Part shown: positions 1 through 8,326 of the stretch, piece after piece
Position numbering within the stretch: position 1 is the first letter of the stretch
Layout: each line of letters starts with the position of its first letter
From: a bacterium
GTDB lineage: Bacteria; Patescibacteriota; Minisyncoccia; Phycocordibacterales; SBAW01
NCBI GenBank assembly: GCA_021839985.1
Contig: JAKBZO010000002.1
Span: 1 to 49,296 of the forward strand
Direction of reading: 5' to 3'
Length of the DNA: 49,296 nt
The notes under the pieces: generated by a model
Database searches by the model: none
Seen by the model: the letters and a program-made list of their open reading frames with translations, nothing else
What the model was told of the DNA's origin: nothing
Made by a program: the position numbers and the translations under genes

Positions 1-1
1 T

Positions 2-94
2 AACTCTGAACAAGCCGTGCTTGCATACGTTAAATCACAAGGCAGGGAAAAGGAATACGCCACACTCCACACCGACCAGCTGGTGTTGTTTTGA
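2..94 (+). CDS. 3' end (last 30 codons) of a CDS that begins upstream of the window
   Basis: Frame open from the window edge to TGA at 92-94 (..NSEQAVLAYVKSQGREKEYATLHTDQLVLF*). Too short to assign. Confidence 0.3.
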   Translation, partial: NSEQAVLAYVKSQGREKEYATLHTDQLVLF

Positions 95-148
95 TACCTC
101 GTCAGCTTGCTGCGAGGTAGTTCATTAATATGCATATATACCCTATAT

Positions 149-1264
149 ATGAAAAAAGAAGTTATGTATAGCCAACCTAATTTACTTCCCAAGGAAGGCA
201 CTCAACTTGATGCCAATATTTTTACGAAAGAAAAGTCTGAAGCCGAATACAATTTGGGTCAACTTCAAGGTTCTGGGGGAGACGGTTTCGGAAAGAGATT
301 TTTTAATTCAGAACTTTTAATTTCCCCCCTTATAACCAAGGAAGCCGTCATGAGCTCAAAGATTGAAGGGACCATCAGTACAGTTTTAGATGTTTATAAA
401 TACGAAGCTGGACAAAAAACTCACTATTCGGGGACCGCAGAGGTTTTCAATTACCGACGAGCAATACGTCAGGCTATTGTGCATGTTCAGTCCGGCAAGA
501 AAATAAATAAGAGCCACATTAAAGGTATCCACAAGACTCTTCTCACTGACGTCCGTCACAAGGGGGTTTTGGGCGACTTTCGCAAAGATGATGTGTGGAT
601 TGGAGCTAGACAAAATGACCCTATCGAAAAAGCCATATATGTTCCCCCTCATTTTCTTACCGTGGATTCGTACATGGACAATATTTTTGAATATATTGAA
701 CATGGAGCTGACGACCCTCTTACGAAGGCGGCCTTGGTACATTACCAATTTGAAGCGGTCCGTCCCTTTGAAGACGGTAATGGTCGCGTAGGAAGATGGT
801 TAATTCCTCTAATCCTCTATGAAGAAAAGAGGCTCTCACAACCGATGCTCTATATGAGCGGATATTTCGATGCGCACAGGGATGGATATCGAGAAGCTCT
901 ACATGAGGTAGATACTACGCTTAAGTACGAAAAATGGCTAAAATTCTTTTTCAGTTCAGTTGCCGCACAATCGAAAGAAACGCTCGCGTTGATTACAAAA
1001 ATCAACCAACTTTATGATCAAGTGGAGAAAGAGGTTTGCACTTCTAAATCTCCTTATCTGCACAAATTTTTGGCCTACATATTTGAGCACCCCGTTTTTT
1101 ATCCGAGCTCAGTTATGGAGGAACTCAAAGCAACCTATCCGCCAGTAGCGGGTCTCATTAAGCTTCTCGAAGACAAGAGACTTATCGTAAGGGGTGTGAG
1201 TATAGATAGACGTACAAAAGTCTACATGTTTGAGCCTCTTATCGAACTTCTTAATAAAGCGTAA
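149..1264 (+). CDS. Fic/DOC family protein with N-terminal inhibitory motif; the Fic motif is degenerate (catalytic His replaced by Arg)
   Basis: Core motif reads RPFEDGNGRVGR (canonical HPFx[D/E]GNGRxxR). Upstream inhibitory-type motif SSKIEG ([S/T]xxxE[G/N]). ATG at 149 chosen over the TTG at 107 used by the ORF track. Low G+C by eye. Confidence 0.85.
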   Translation: MKKEVMYSQPNLLPKEGTQLDANIFTKEKSEAEYNLGQLQGSGGDGFGKRFFNSELLISPLITKEAVMSSKIEGTISTVLDVYKYEAGQKTHYSGTAEVFNYRRAIRQAIVHVQSGKKINKSHIKGIHKTLLTDVRHKGVLGDFRKDDVWIGARQNDPIEKAIYVPPHFLTVDSYMDNIFEYIEHGADDPLTKAALVHYQFEAVRPFEDGNGRVGRWLIPLILYEEKRLSQPMLYMSGYFDAHRDGYREALHEVDTTLKYEKWLKFFFSSVAAQSKETLALITKINQLYDQVEKEVCTSKSPYLHKFLAYIFEHPVFYPSSVMEELKATYPPVAGLIKLLEDKRLIVRGVSIDRRTKVYMFEPLIELLNKA

Positions 1265-1627
1265 AGAAACAATTCTTCGAATTTTTGAAAAAATCGGGGA
1301 AGTGGTCGCATTTGAATCTTGAGCCGAATCCGCAACTGAGCCGGCCAGAGGGAGTAAATAGGTAAATAATAGACACATTCAACCAACAGCAGGGCGAGGA
1401 TGCGTGAGTGTTTTTTCAGCAACCTTCTTTTAGACCCGAGTAGACCAAAAGGATCGCAGAACCCCTTTCTTCTAATGCAAGAGTCGCAAAAGGTATATTG
1501 TGCGACGTATATATACAAAATCACTGTATGACGACCAATCACTCTGAACAGCCGAGCTTCTATGCAGACCTCTCGTTCTCCGCTTCCAGTGCTGTGAGTT
1601 TTTCTCGCCGTCAGTTATGATGTGAGT

Positions 1628-1990
1628 ATGCCTCTATGGTTTGAAGATATGACCGCACTTCTCGGGCGAGTCCTCGTCGGGGGATTCTTCTTGTGGACGG
1701 GGATCCTCAATGCGATGAACTTCCCGGAGACCGCGGCGGTCTTTGGAGCGCTCCAACTCCCCTATCCTATCGCTCTTGCGATCCTGGTCGTAGCGATCCA
1801 GGTGTGCGCCGGTGTGGCGCTTGTCGTCGGTGTGCGCGTGCGTGTCGCGAGCTTGGTTCTCGCAGCGTTCCTCTTGATCATGACGCCGATCTTGCACAAC
1901 GCCTTTGGCGATCCGCAGCAGCTGCCGCTCTTCTTGCAGAACCTTGCGCTTGTTGGCGCGCTGCTGTATATCGCTGCGATAGAAAAGTAA
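1628..1990 (+). CDS. DoxX-family small integral membrane protein
   Basis: About 120 aa with four hydrophobic segments and an N-terminal LLGRVLVGGFFLWTG pattern typical of DoxX. ATG at 1628; GTG at 1622 is also possible. Confidence 0.7.
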   Translation: MPLWFEDMTALLGRVLVGGFFLWTGILNAMNFPETAAVFGALQLPYPIALAILVVAIQVCAGVALVVGVRVRVASLVLAAFLLIMTPILHNAFGDPQQLPLFLQNLALVGALLYIAAIEK

Positions 1991-2094
1991 AATACAAAGT
2001 AAAAGTACAAGAGAGTTTGCCGCGGTCTATTCTCAAATTCTTGAGAATTTGAGAATAAGATCAGGTATCAGAAAGAAAGATGTCAAAAACAGGC

Positions 2095-2128
2095 TCAACG
2101 TACGTTGAGCCTGTTTTTGTTGTGCTTT
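2095..2128. terminator. Bidirectional rho-independent terminator
   Basis: AAAAA-CAGGCTCAACG-TA-CGTTGAGCCTG-TTTTT, between convergent DoxX (+) and the SLT-like gene (-). Confidence 0.65.
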
Positions 2129-2146
2129 GTATTTCGTATCTTGTTT

Positions 2147-2587
2147 TTACTGCTGTGCTGTCGCTACTGTGGGAGCCGTATTCGCAGACTCGCCCCAGCA
2201 GTAGCTCGATGAAAGCCACGGCGTGGTACCTTCGCGCTCGTACAGGTATCGTGCGAACGCCATGTTGCCATCGAGCGTGTAGAGATCGTAGCCGAGCGCC
2301 CGTGCCTCTTTGCCGTGATAGTACTCATTGATCTGCATCACACCGACATCGCTGTGGACCTGTCCGCGCAACACATTGCCGTCAGCATCGTATTGTCGAA
2401 ACCTTGATTCACAGCGTGCGATGTCCGCCATGATCGGGATGCCCGCGAAGTACAGACGGACGCGCTGCTCTACCGTCTGAGGTGCGGGCGTGGATAACGG
2501 GACCGATGAAGAGTCCGCTGCTGCAGTCGGAGTTGCGCCGCCAAAGGCGACGGACATGAGCATAGCAAGACCTATAGTTACTGGCAT
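2147..2587 (-). CDS. Secreted lytic transglycosylase-like (SLT/lysozyme-like) protein
   Basis: N-terminal signal-like segment. Motifs IARCESRFRQY (catalytic Glu-Ser) and GVMQIN are typical of the SLT domain. Confidence 0.7.
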   Translation of the reverse strand: MPVTIGLAMLMSVAFGGATPTAAADSSSVPLSTPAPQTVEQRVRLYFAGIPIMADIARCESRFRQYDADGNVLRGQVHSDVGVMQINEYYHGKEARALGYDLYTLDGNMAFARYLYEREGTTPWLSSSYCWGESANTAPTVATAQQ

Positions 2588-2812
2588 ATAAACTTCTACT
2601 ACGTTTTATGGCTAGGGGTAGATATCGGGTCTCGAGGCCGAAACAAAAACGCCCCCGCGACACCGCGGAGGTAGCAATATGATGCCGTTTTTAATGCAAG
2701 GCGTCAATGCGACACGCTTGACAAGTCTTGTAAACCAGACCTCTGTTGTAAAATAAGGGTTTTTAGGTGGTTCGGACAAGATACGAGAAATGTGGTATCG
2801 TGAATGGGTTCT

Positions 2813-2886
2813 CGGGCTGTAGTATACCGGTAGTACGCGTCCATGGGGTGGATGTAGACCGGGTTCGATTCCCGGCAGCCCGACCA
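2813..2886 (+). tRNA. tRNA-Pro (anticodon GGG), CCA encoded
   Basis: Hand-folded cloverleaf. Acceptor CGGGCTG/CAGCCCG, D arm GTAT-ACCGGTA-GTAC, anticodon arm CGTCC-AUGGGGU-GGATG (U33, G37), T arm CCGGG-TTCGATT-CCCGG, discriminator A, CCA. 74 nt. Confidence 0.9.
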
Positions 2887-2936
2887 TACGGAAAATCCGC
2901 CCTATCAACTGGCGGATTTTCCGTATGGTCGGGCTG
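2876..2936. repeat. Perfect 26-bp inverted repeat (9-nt loop) that includes the last 11 nt of tRNA-Pro
   Basis: 2876-2901 CAGCCCGACCATACGGAAAATCCGCC is the exact reverse complement of 2911-2936 GGCGGATTTTCCGTATGGTCGGGCTG. Confidence 0.95.
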
Positions 2937-3080
2937 AACAGACAAACTGCTTTGTCTGTGTCCGGAATCGAAAGCCGGAACATGCTTCGGCCAGTAGGAT
3001 GAAGCCGTGAGGCGGGGTCGCTGAAATTTTCGAGCGACGGCGAGAAAATTATCAGTGACCGATTCCCGGCAGCCCGACCA
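2911..3080 (+). repeat. tRNA-end-flanked module M1 (homologous to M2 and M3 at 21.8-22.1 kb)
   Basis: Begins with an inverted copy (2926-2936) and ends with a direct 21-nt copy (3060-3080, CGATTCCCGGCAGCCCGACCA = 2866-2886) of the tRNA-Pro 3' end. Interior shares GGAATCGAAAGC and GAGCGACGGCGA with M2 and ATCAGTRAC with M3. Confidence 0.7.
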
Positions 3081-3086
3081 AGACCC

Positions 3087-3377
3087 TCAAAACTGATCCG
3101 ATAAAAGGAAACACCATCTTCCCCTACCCTGGTCGACGACGCGGTCGGCCTCGCCGATGATCCGTCCGTGAGGAATGGGCATGCTTAGACACATTTCTCG
3201 CAGCAGGGCAGGGTTTTCCATGACGATGCCGCCGTTGAAGAAACCGTCGGAATGTTTACCGCCAGTGAGTTCCGCGTGCGGTTGCCGCGGGTCGCCGGAG
3301 TGCTTCCAGAGCGCACCCATTTCCTTGAAACGCTGGATGTAATACTCTTTGCTGATGCTATCGGTTGGCACGGCCAT
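3087..3377 (-). pseudogene. Truncated phosphoribosyltransferase-like (PyrE-like) gene; only the N-terminal ~85 residues look native
   Basis: N-terminus ..PHAELTGGKHSDGFFN.. resembles orotate-PRTase-like proteins. After ..EADRVVD the expected PRPP-binding region is missing and the tail is unrelated. The ORF ends 7 nt from the tRNA-Pro repeat copy. Confidence 0.45.
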
Positions 3378-3458
3378 GTCCTCCAAATCGTGTTACGGGT
3401 TGAGGAAAACTACTCCGTTGAGCACGGTCTCATAAGATCAGCCGCACTGCAAGCATGC

Positions 3459-4058
3459 TTACTTCAGCCACGGGATGTCGAATTGTTCGAATTCAGGAAG
3501 GAGTTTTTTGTCATAGAGAAGGCGCGAGATGACCTCGGCGTGGCAGAGCGCGCCGGTGAGCGCGTTGTGCGGTTCCGGTTCTGCTGGTATGCCACAGTAG
3601 TTGAGCACGGCGTCGAGGTTGAGCGCAGAGCGATGTTTTTCCGGATCGACCGGTGGCACGAGTCCGCGCTTCACGATATGCATCCAGCAGAGCGTGTGCG
3701 AGTCGATCGTGCGGTATGCGAACGGAAACTCCGTGTGCCCGGCACGTTGTGCGGCTGCTTTGATGAAGTCTCGGTCGAACGAAACATTCTGTCCGGCAAG
3801 TGTTCGGTCATTGGCCGGCATGGCCCAGTCGATGAAATGATGCACGAGATCGCTCTCGCTCTCTTTGGTGGGATCGATGATCTCTTCTCGCGTGAAGCCG
3901 TTGACCTCAAGCGCCTGGTCGTCGATATGCGCGCCGTCCCACACGCGGCACTCTTCATAAAAGCGGCGCTCGGGATGATCAAGGTCAAGCGCGCCGACGC
4001 TCACGATCGAGTGCAGGTTGTATTCGACTCCGGACGCTTCGACATCGATGATGATCAT
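3459..4058 (-). CDS. DnaQ-like 3'-5' exonuclease (DEDD family)
   Basis: Exo I IIIDVEASG and Exo II QNVSFDRDF. The Exo III region reads HNALTGAL, so the usual Asp position is Gly. Start is the ATG at 4058 giving MIIIDVE; the ORF-track extension to 4121 runs through the heptad array. Confidence 0.75.
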   Translation of the reverse strand: MIIIDVEASGVEYNLHSIVSVGALDLDHPERRFYEECRVWDGAHIDDQALEVNGFTREEIIDPTKESESDLVHHFIDWAMPANDRTLAGQNVSFDRDFIKAAAQRAGHTEFPFAYRTIDSHTLCWMHIVKRGLVPPVDPEKHRSALNLDAVLNYCGIPAEPEPHNALTGALCHAEVISRLLYDKKLLPEFEQFDIPWLK

Positions 4059-4059
4059 A

Positions 4060-4094
4060 CAGTTAGGTATTAGCTGGTAGGTTGTAGGTTTTAG
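4060..4094 (-). repeat. Heptad-phased CTA array H1 (5 units) immediately 5' of the exonuclease start
   Basis: Minus strand CTAAAAC CTACAAC CTACCAG CTAATAC CTAACTG, then T, then ATG. On the plus strand TAG falls at 4064, 4071, 4078, 4085 and 4092. Confidence 0.95.
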
Positions 4095-4117
4095 TAAAAC
4101 ACAATTCCAGAAGACCA

Positions 4118-4146
4118 CCAACTTGGAGGCCGAACCTCCAAGTTGG
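4118..4146 (-). terminator. Hairpin directly after the stop of the 4147-4569 gene
   Basis: CCAACTTGGAGG-CCGAA-CCTCCAAGTTGG, a 12-bp stem. The U-tract on the minus strand is weak. Confidence 0.4.
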
Positions 4147-4569
4147 CTATTTGCAATTTGTTGCGCGCGTGTAGCCGGCCGCTTCTGCCGTGGCGGCGGT
4201 TGCGAACCACACTTTGTTGGCGTCTGTTATCCGGCTCGCGCCGCTGCAGGTTGGCGTGTAGTACTTGGCGCCGTTCTTCGAGGCGACGAATCCGCCGGTG
4301 GGCGGTTGAGACGTGCTTGCGCTGGGCGCCGACGAGGTCGGTGCCTGCAGAAAGTCATTCGACGCTTCGGTCGGCCGGAGGATCTCCTGCATATTCCCTG
4401 CCGGATGAATGACCACCGGCTTTCTCCCCTCTTCGAGCGCCGAAAGCCGTCCCAAACCGAAAGCGCCGAGGGCGACCAATACCACGATGGCCGGCAAAGC
4501 GGCCCTGTCGAAAAGCTCAAGGAGTCTCTTGCGCGACAAGTACTTATCAGGTATGATGTTGGAGTTCAT
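4147..4569 (-). CDS. Membrane-anchored protein with a C-terminal Cys-containing (Ada-like/'sunset'-type) domain
   Basis: One N-terminal TM segment, a Ser/Pro/Thr-rich linker, and the C-terminus ..SKNGAKYYTPTCSGASRITDANKVWFATAATAEAAGYTRATNC. The domain name is from memory. Confidence 0.5.
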   Translation of the reverse strand: MNSNIIPDKYLSRKRLLELFDRAALPAIVVLVALGAFGLGRLSALEEGRKPVVIHPAGNMQEILRPTEASNDFLQAPTSSAPSASTSQPPTGGFVASKNGAKYYTPTCSGASRITDANKVWFATAATAEAAGYTRATNCK

Positions 4570-4595
4570 GGCTTTGTCCGTGTCCTCGGGTTTTA

Positions 4596-4623
4596 CTACA
4601 CCCTACGACCTATTCCCTATAAC
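4596..4623 (+). repeat. Heptad-phased CTA array H2 (4 units) in the rpmA leader
   Basis: Plus strand CTACACC CTACGAC CTATTCC CTATAAC, with CTA at 4596, 4603, 4610 and 4617. The ATG of rpmA is at 4634. Confidence 0.9.
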
Positions 4624-4633
4624 TTAATCAATT

Positions 4634-4912
4634 ATGGCACATAAAAAGGCTGGAGGTACCGCGAAAAACCTCACTGATTCCAATGCACAGTATCTTGGTG
4701 TGAAGCTTTTTGCTGGCCAGATCGCGAAGATCGGCAGCATCTTGGTCCGCCAGCGCGGCACGCGCATGATGGCGGGCACCAATGTTGGCGTCGGCAAGGA
4801 TCACACCCTCTTTGCACTCAAGGATGGCATCGTGAATTTCCGCACGGCGCGCAAGACGCGTTTCGACGGAACGAAGACCGTTAAGTCGGTCGTCGACGTC
4901 GTCACGAAGTAA
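4634..4912 (+). CDS. rpmA: 50S ribosomal protein L27
   Basis: [29 protein letters not shown] is the canonical L27 N-terminus. Confidence 0.95.
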   Translation: MAHKKAGGTAKNLTDSNAQYLGVKLFAGQIAKIGSILVRQRGTRMMAGTNVGVGKDHTLFALKDGIVNFRTARKTRFDGTKTVKSVVDVVTK

Positions 4913-4928
4913 AACAAAAGACAAAACG

Positions 4929-4957
4929 AAAAAGGCCGGCGTAAGCCGGCCTTTTTT
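4929..4957. terminator. Bidirectional rho-independent terminator between rpmA (+) and rplI (-)
   Basis: AAAAA-GGCCGGC-GTAA-GCCGGCC-TTTTTT. Confidence 0.75.
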
Positions 4958-4971
4958 AGGAATAGTTGAAG

Positions 4972-5418
4972 CTAGTTCTGAGGAGCGATCGCTACAATGA
5001 TCGTGCTCGTTGCGCCATGTGCGCGGAACTCGACTGAATGCTCGCCAGTGGTTTTCAGCGGATGCTCGAGTTTTACCGCCGATTCAGGGATATCGAGTTT
5101 CTTCTCTGCTTTGATCGCGCGGATGATCTCCGGTGCTCCTATCGCTTTGAAGAGCCCGCCCTTCTCCGTGGCGCGCGCCGATATATCGAAGCGCGCACCG
5201 TTGAGTTCTTTGATATGCGCAGCGAGCGTTTTTTCCTGCGCCGCGATCTCCTGCTCGTGTTGCGCCGCCGTTGCTTTCAACCGCTCGATCTTCTCGGGCG
5301 TTGCGAGCTCGACAAGTTTGCGCGGCAGCAAATTGTTGATCGCGTAGCCGTCGGCAACATCCTTCACGTCGTGGATGCGACCGACTCCTTTAACATCTTT
5401 CAAAAGAATGACTTTCAT
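4972..5418 (-). CDS. rplI: 50S ribosomal protein L9
   Basis: MKVILLKDVKGVGR.. N-domain plus a long helix and a C-domain; 148 aa. Confidence 0.9.
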   Translation of the reverse strand: MKVILLKDVKGVGRIHDVKDVADGYAINNLLPRKLVELATPEKIERLKATAAQHEQEIAAQEKTLAAHIKELNGARFDISARATEKGGLFKAIGAPEIIRAIKAEKKLDIPESAVKLEHPLKTTGEHSVEFRAHGATSTIIVAIAPQN

Positions 5419-5437
5419 AGTAGTGCGATTGTTCCGT

Positions 5438-6751
5438 TTAGTTGTTCACTAAGTACTGCACGGCGGCGTCTTTCTGCGGATCGCGTCCGGCAGCGATATC
5501 GTCAGCGGTCGTCGTTGCATTGATGTCGGGCGTGAGGCCGCCATCGGAGATCGACGTGCCGTTAGGCGTCAGCCAGCGCGCCACTGTGATCTTCACCTGC
5601 GCGCCGTCGCCGAGGTCGAAAACCTCCTGCACCGAACCTTTGCCAAATGAGCGCGTGCCCACGAGTTTGGCGATGCCGTGCTGCTGTAGTGCACCCGAAA
5701 GGATCTCTGCCGCCGACGCGGTCCCCTGGTCGATCAGGATCGCCATCGATAGTTTCTTATTGGCAAAGACGTTGTAGCCGAAGCTGCGGTGCGTGTTGTT
5801 GCTCTGCGTGCCGCGGAAATCTTCGGTCACGACCGTGTCGCCTGCAGGCAAGAAGTAGCTCGCCATATCGACCGCCGCGTCGAGGTAGCCGCCTGGGTTG
5901 CCGCGCAGGTCGAGCATCAAGCGCGTGTCTCCGGACTCGAAGAATGCGCGAAGAGCCTCTCGGAATTGATCGGCCGAGGTTGCGGAGAAATTGTACAGGT
6001 CGATCTCGAAGATCTTGGTGTCGGCGTGATTGACGTAGTTGATCGTCGGGATCGCGATGGTGTCGCGCACGATCGCTATTGTGAACGGTTGGCTCGTGCC
6101 GGCGCGCGTGAGCGTGAGTTTAACGGTCGTGCCCTTCTCTCCGCGAATAAGCGCTACCGCTTGATCGGCGGTCATATCGGCAGTGCTCGTGCCATCGATC
6201 GCGAGGATCTTGTCGCCAGCGCGAACGCCGGCCGCTTCTGCAGGACTCCCCTTAAGCGGAGCGATCACTGTCACTGCATTGTCTTGCACACCGACATCCA
6301 TGCCGACGCCGCCGAACGAACCGCTGACGTTCTCATCGAACATCTTCGCGTCTTGCGGCGGGAAGAAGGTCGTGTACGGATCACCGTAGCTGTCGACAAG
6401 ACCTTGAAGCATGCCGTAGACCTTCTGCTGGTCGGTCGGGATCGTACCGCTCGCGTGCGTCTCGACGAAATTGCTGTTCAGAAGATTCCAGGTGCGCCAA
6501 AGCGTGGTGAGGTCCACATTGCTCGGCTCGCTGCCTCCGGAGAGATCGAGTGTGACCGAGGTCGTGCCCGGCGTACTTGATGCGGATGGATCGGCGCTTA
6601 TCACTTGCGTTTGTGCAAGCGTCGATACCTGATGAATGCCGACATACAGCCCGGCAATGAAGACCGCGACGATGAAGATAAAAGCGCCAGCCGCACGTTT
6701 GGTAGTGTTGGATAATGCGCTCGGAGTGAATTCTGGTTCCATGCTCTGCAT
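5438..6751 (-). CDS. Carboxy-terminal processing (S41) peptidase with N-terminal membrane anchor and PDZ domain
   Basis: PDZ-like GSPAEAAGVRAGDKILAIDG; S41 motifs RGNPGG and DQGTASAAEILSGALQ..KLVG..FGKG. Confidence 0.85.
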   Translation of the reverse strand: MQSMEPEFTPSALSNTTKRAAGAFIFIVAVFIAGLYVGIHQVSTLAQTQVISADPSASSTPGTTSVTLDLSGGSEPSNVDLTTLWRTWNLLNSNFVETHASGTIPTDQQKVYGMLQGLVDSYGDPYTTFFPPQDAKMFDENVSGSFGGVGMDVGVQDNAVTVIAPLKGSPAEAAGVRAGDKILAIDGTSTADMTADQAVALIRGEKGTTVKLTLTRAGTSQPFTIAIVRDTIAIPTINYVNHADTKIFEIDLYNFSATSADQFREALRAFFESGDTRLMLDLRGNPGGYLDAAVDMASYFLPAGDTVVTEDFRGTQSNNTHRSFGYNVFANKKLSMAILIDQGTASAAEILSGALQQHGIAKLVGTRSFGKGSVQEVFDLGDGAQVKITVARWLTPNGTSISDGGLTPDINATTTADDIAAGRDPQKDAAVQYLVNN

Positions 6752-6800
6752 TATAGATCAAAAGACTTAAAAACTTAAGCGAGAGGTCGCTCATGATATA

Positions 6801-8309
6801 ATGACCGATATGTTGACACGGTTTCTTTCTGTGTTTTCCAAGCGTCCGAAGCGCTCGTCTTTGCCGCCGCTCTATTTTCGCAATACGCTCTCCGGCGATC
6901 TTGAGGAGTTCATTCCCCTCTCGCGCAAGGTGGTGAAGATGTACAACTGCGGTCCGACCGTCTACGGCCCGCAGCACATCGGCAACATGCGCGCTGCGGT
7001 GTTCGCCAACACGATCAGGCGCGCACTCGACCGCTTCGGCTATGACGTGAAGCAGGTCATCAATATCACCGACTTCGGGCACTTGGTCGCCGACGCCGAC
7101 GATGGCGAAGATAAAATGACCGCGGGGCTCAAACGCGAAGGCATGGAGCTCACGCTTGAGAATATGCACACGCTTGCCGAGAAATATGCGCAGCTGTACC
7201 TGGACGACATTCGTTTGCTTGGCGTCGATACGGAGAAGATCACGTTCCCGCGCGCGAGCGCCTACATTCCCGAGCAGATCGCGCTCATTCGAGCGCTCGT
7301 CGAAAAAGGGTACGCCTACAAAACAAAGAACGGCGTGTACTTCGAGGTGGCACGCTTCCCTTCCTACGGCAAACTAGGCGGCGTTAAACTCTCGGGCCTC
7401 AAAGAAGGCGCGCGCATAAAAGGACATTCAGAAAAGCGCGGACCGTTCGACTTCACGCTATGGAAGCGCGACGCACATCTCGGCTGGGACAGCCCGTGGG
7501 GCAAAGGGTTCCCCGGCTGGCATATAGAATGCACCGCGATGATCTTCAAGCTGCTCGGTAAGCAGATCGACATTCATACGGGCGGCATCGAACATATTCC
7601 GGTCCATCACAATAATGAGATCGCGCAGGCGGAGGCGGCGAGCGGCAAACGCTTCGTGAAGTATTGGATGCACAACGATCACATCATGGTCGAAGGAAAA
7701 AAGATCTCGAAGTCGATCGGCAACACCGTGTATCTCTACAACGTGACGGACCGCGGCTTCTCGCCGCTTGCGCTGCGCTACTGGTTCCTCACTGCGCACT
7801 ATCGCTCCTCCGCTAACTTCACCTGGGATGCACTTTCCGGTGCGGCGGCAGCGCTCGCTAAGCTCAAACGTTTTTTCTTGGAAGAACTGCCGCGCGATGG
7901 TGCTCCCGCTTCACCCGACACGGCGTTCATGAAAGACATACTCGACGCGATTGCGCACGACCTCGATACGCCAAAGGTCATCGCGCGCACCTGGGAGCTC
8001 GTGAAGGACATGAATGTTTCTCCTGCTGCCAAGCGCGCGTCGTTGCTTGAAGTGGACGCGCTTCTTGGTCTCGGACTCGCCGCGGCTGATTCGCGCGCCG
8101 CCGTGCCGTCTATGCTTGCAGTGGTAGAAGAGAAGGAGGAGGCGGTGCCGGAGGAAGTGGCAGCGCTCCTGGAGGCGCGCACGGCGGCGCGCGAAGCCAG
8201 AGATTTTGCGAAAGCGGATGATCTGCGCGCGAAGATCGCAGAACGAGGCTATGAGATCAAAGATACCGGCAACGGCGCGCAGCTCAGCAAACTAAGCGGG
8301 CAGCAGTAG
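6801..8309 (+). CDS. cysS: Cysteine--tRNA ligase
   Basis: HIGH-type PQHIGNMR, the KISKS (KMSKS) motif and a GWHIEC zinc site. The start (6801 or 6810) is not resolved. Confidence 0.92.
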   Translation: MTDMLTRFLSVFSKRPKRSSLPPLYFRNTLSGDLEEFIPLSRKVVKMYNCGPTVYGPQHIGNMRAAVFANTIRRALDRFGYDVKQVINITDFGHLVADADDGEDKMTAGLKREGMELTLENMHTLAEKYAQLYLDDIRLLGVDTEKITFPRASAYIPEQIALIRALVEKGYAYKTKNGVYFEVARFPSYGKLGGVKLSGLKEGARIKGHSEKRGPFDFTLWKRDAHLGWDSPWGKGFPGWHIECTAMIFKLLGKQIDIHTGGIEHIPVHHNNEIAQAEAASGKRFVKYWMHNDHIMVEGKKISKSIGNTVYLYNVTDRGFSPLALRYWFLTAHYRSSANFTWDALSGAAAALAKLKRFFLEELPRDGAPASPDTAFMKDILDAIAHDLDTPKVIARTWELVKDMNVSPAAKRASLLEVDALLGLGLAAADSRAAVPSMLAVVEEKEEAVPEEVAALLEARTAAREARDFAKADDLRAKIAERGYEIKDTGNGAQLSKLSGQQ

Positions 8310-8326
8310 AAGTTTTAAAAAAAGAA

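Noticed and set aside
2039-2066. ATTCTCAA-ATTC-TTGAGAAT palindrome followed by a second TTGAGAAT, considered as an operator
   Set aside because: It lies downstream of DoxX and before a bidirectional terminator, with no promoter or regulator in view. It is too short to distinguish from chance and is noted only.
2930-3080. A second tRNA, tmRNA or tRNA-like gene downstream of tRNA-Pro (acceptor-like pairing CGGGCTG/CAGCCCG plus ACCA)
   Set aside because: There is no D arm or anticodon arm, and the 3' T-loop copy lacks a complementary 5' T-stem strand. The pairing also extends through the CCA. The copies include non-tRNA trailer bases, which fits DNA-level duplication better than a functional tRNA.
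3252-4073. Long antisense ORFs in the ORF track (3252-4073, 5789-6580, 6381-7169, 9341-10555, 12788-13201, 36110-37240, 44172-45170, 45785-46357, 47466-48044 and many shorter ones)
   Set aside because: These are shadow ORFs opposite well-supported conserved genes in G+C-rich DNA. Their translations are Arg/Ala/His-rich, low in complexity and without motifs.
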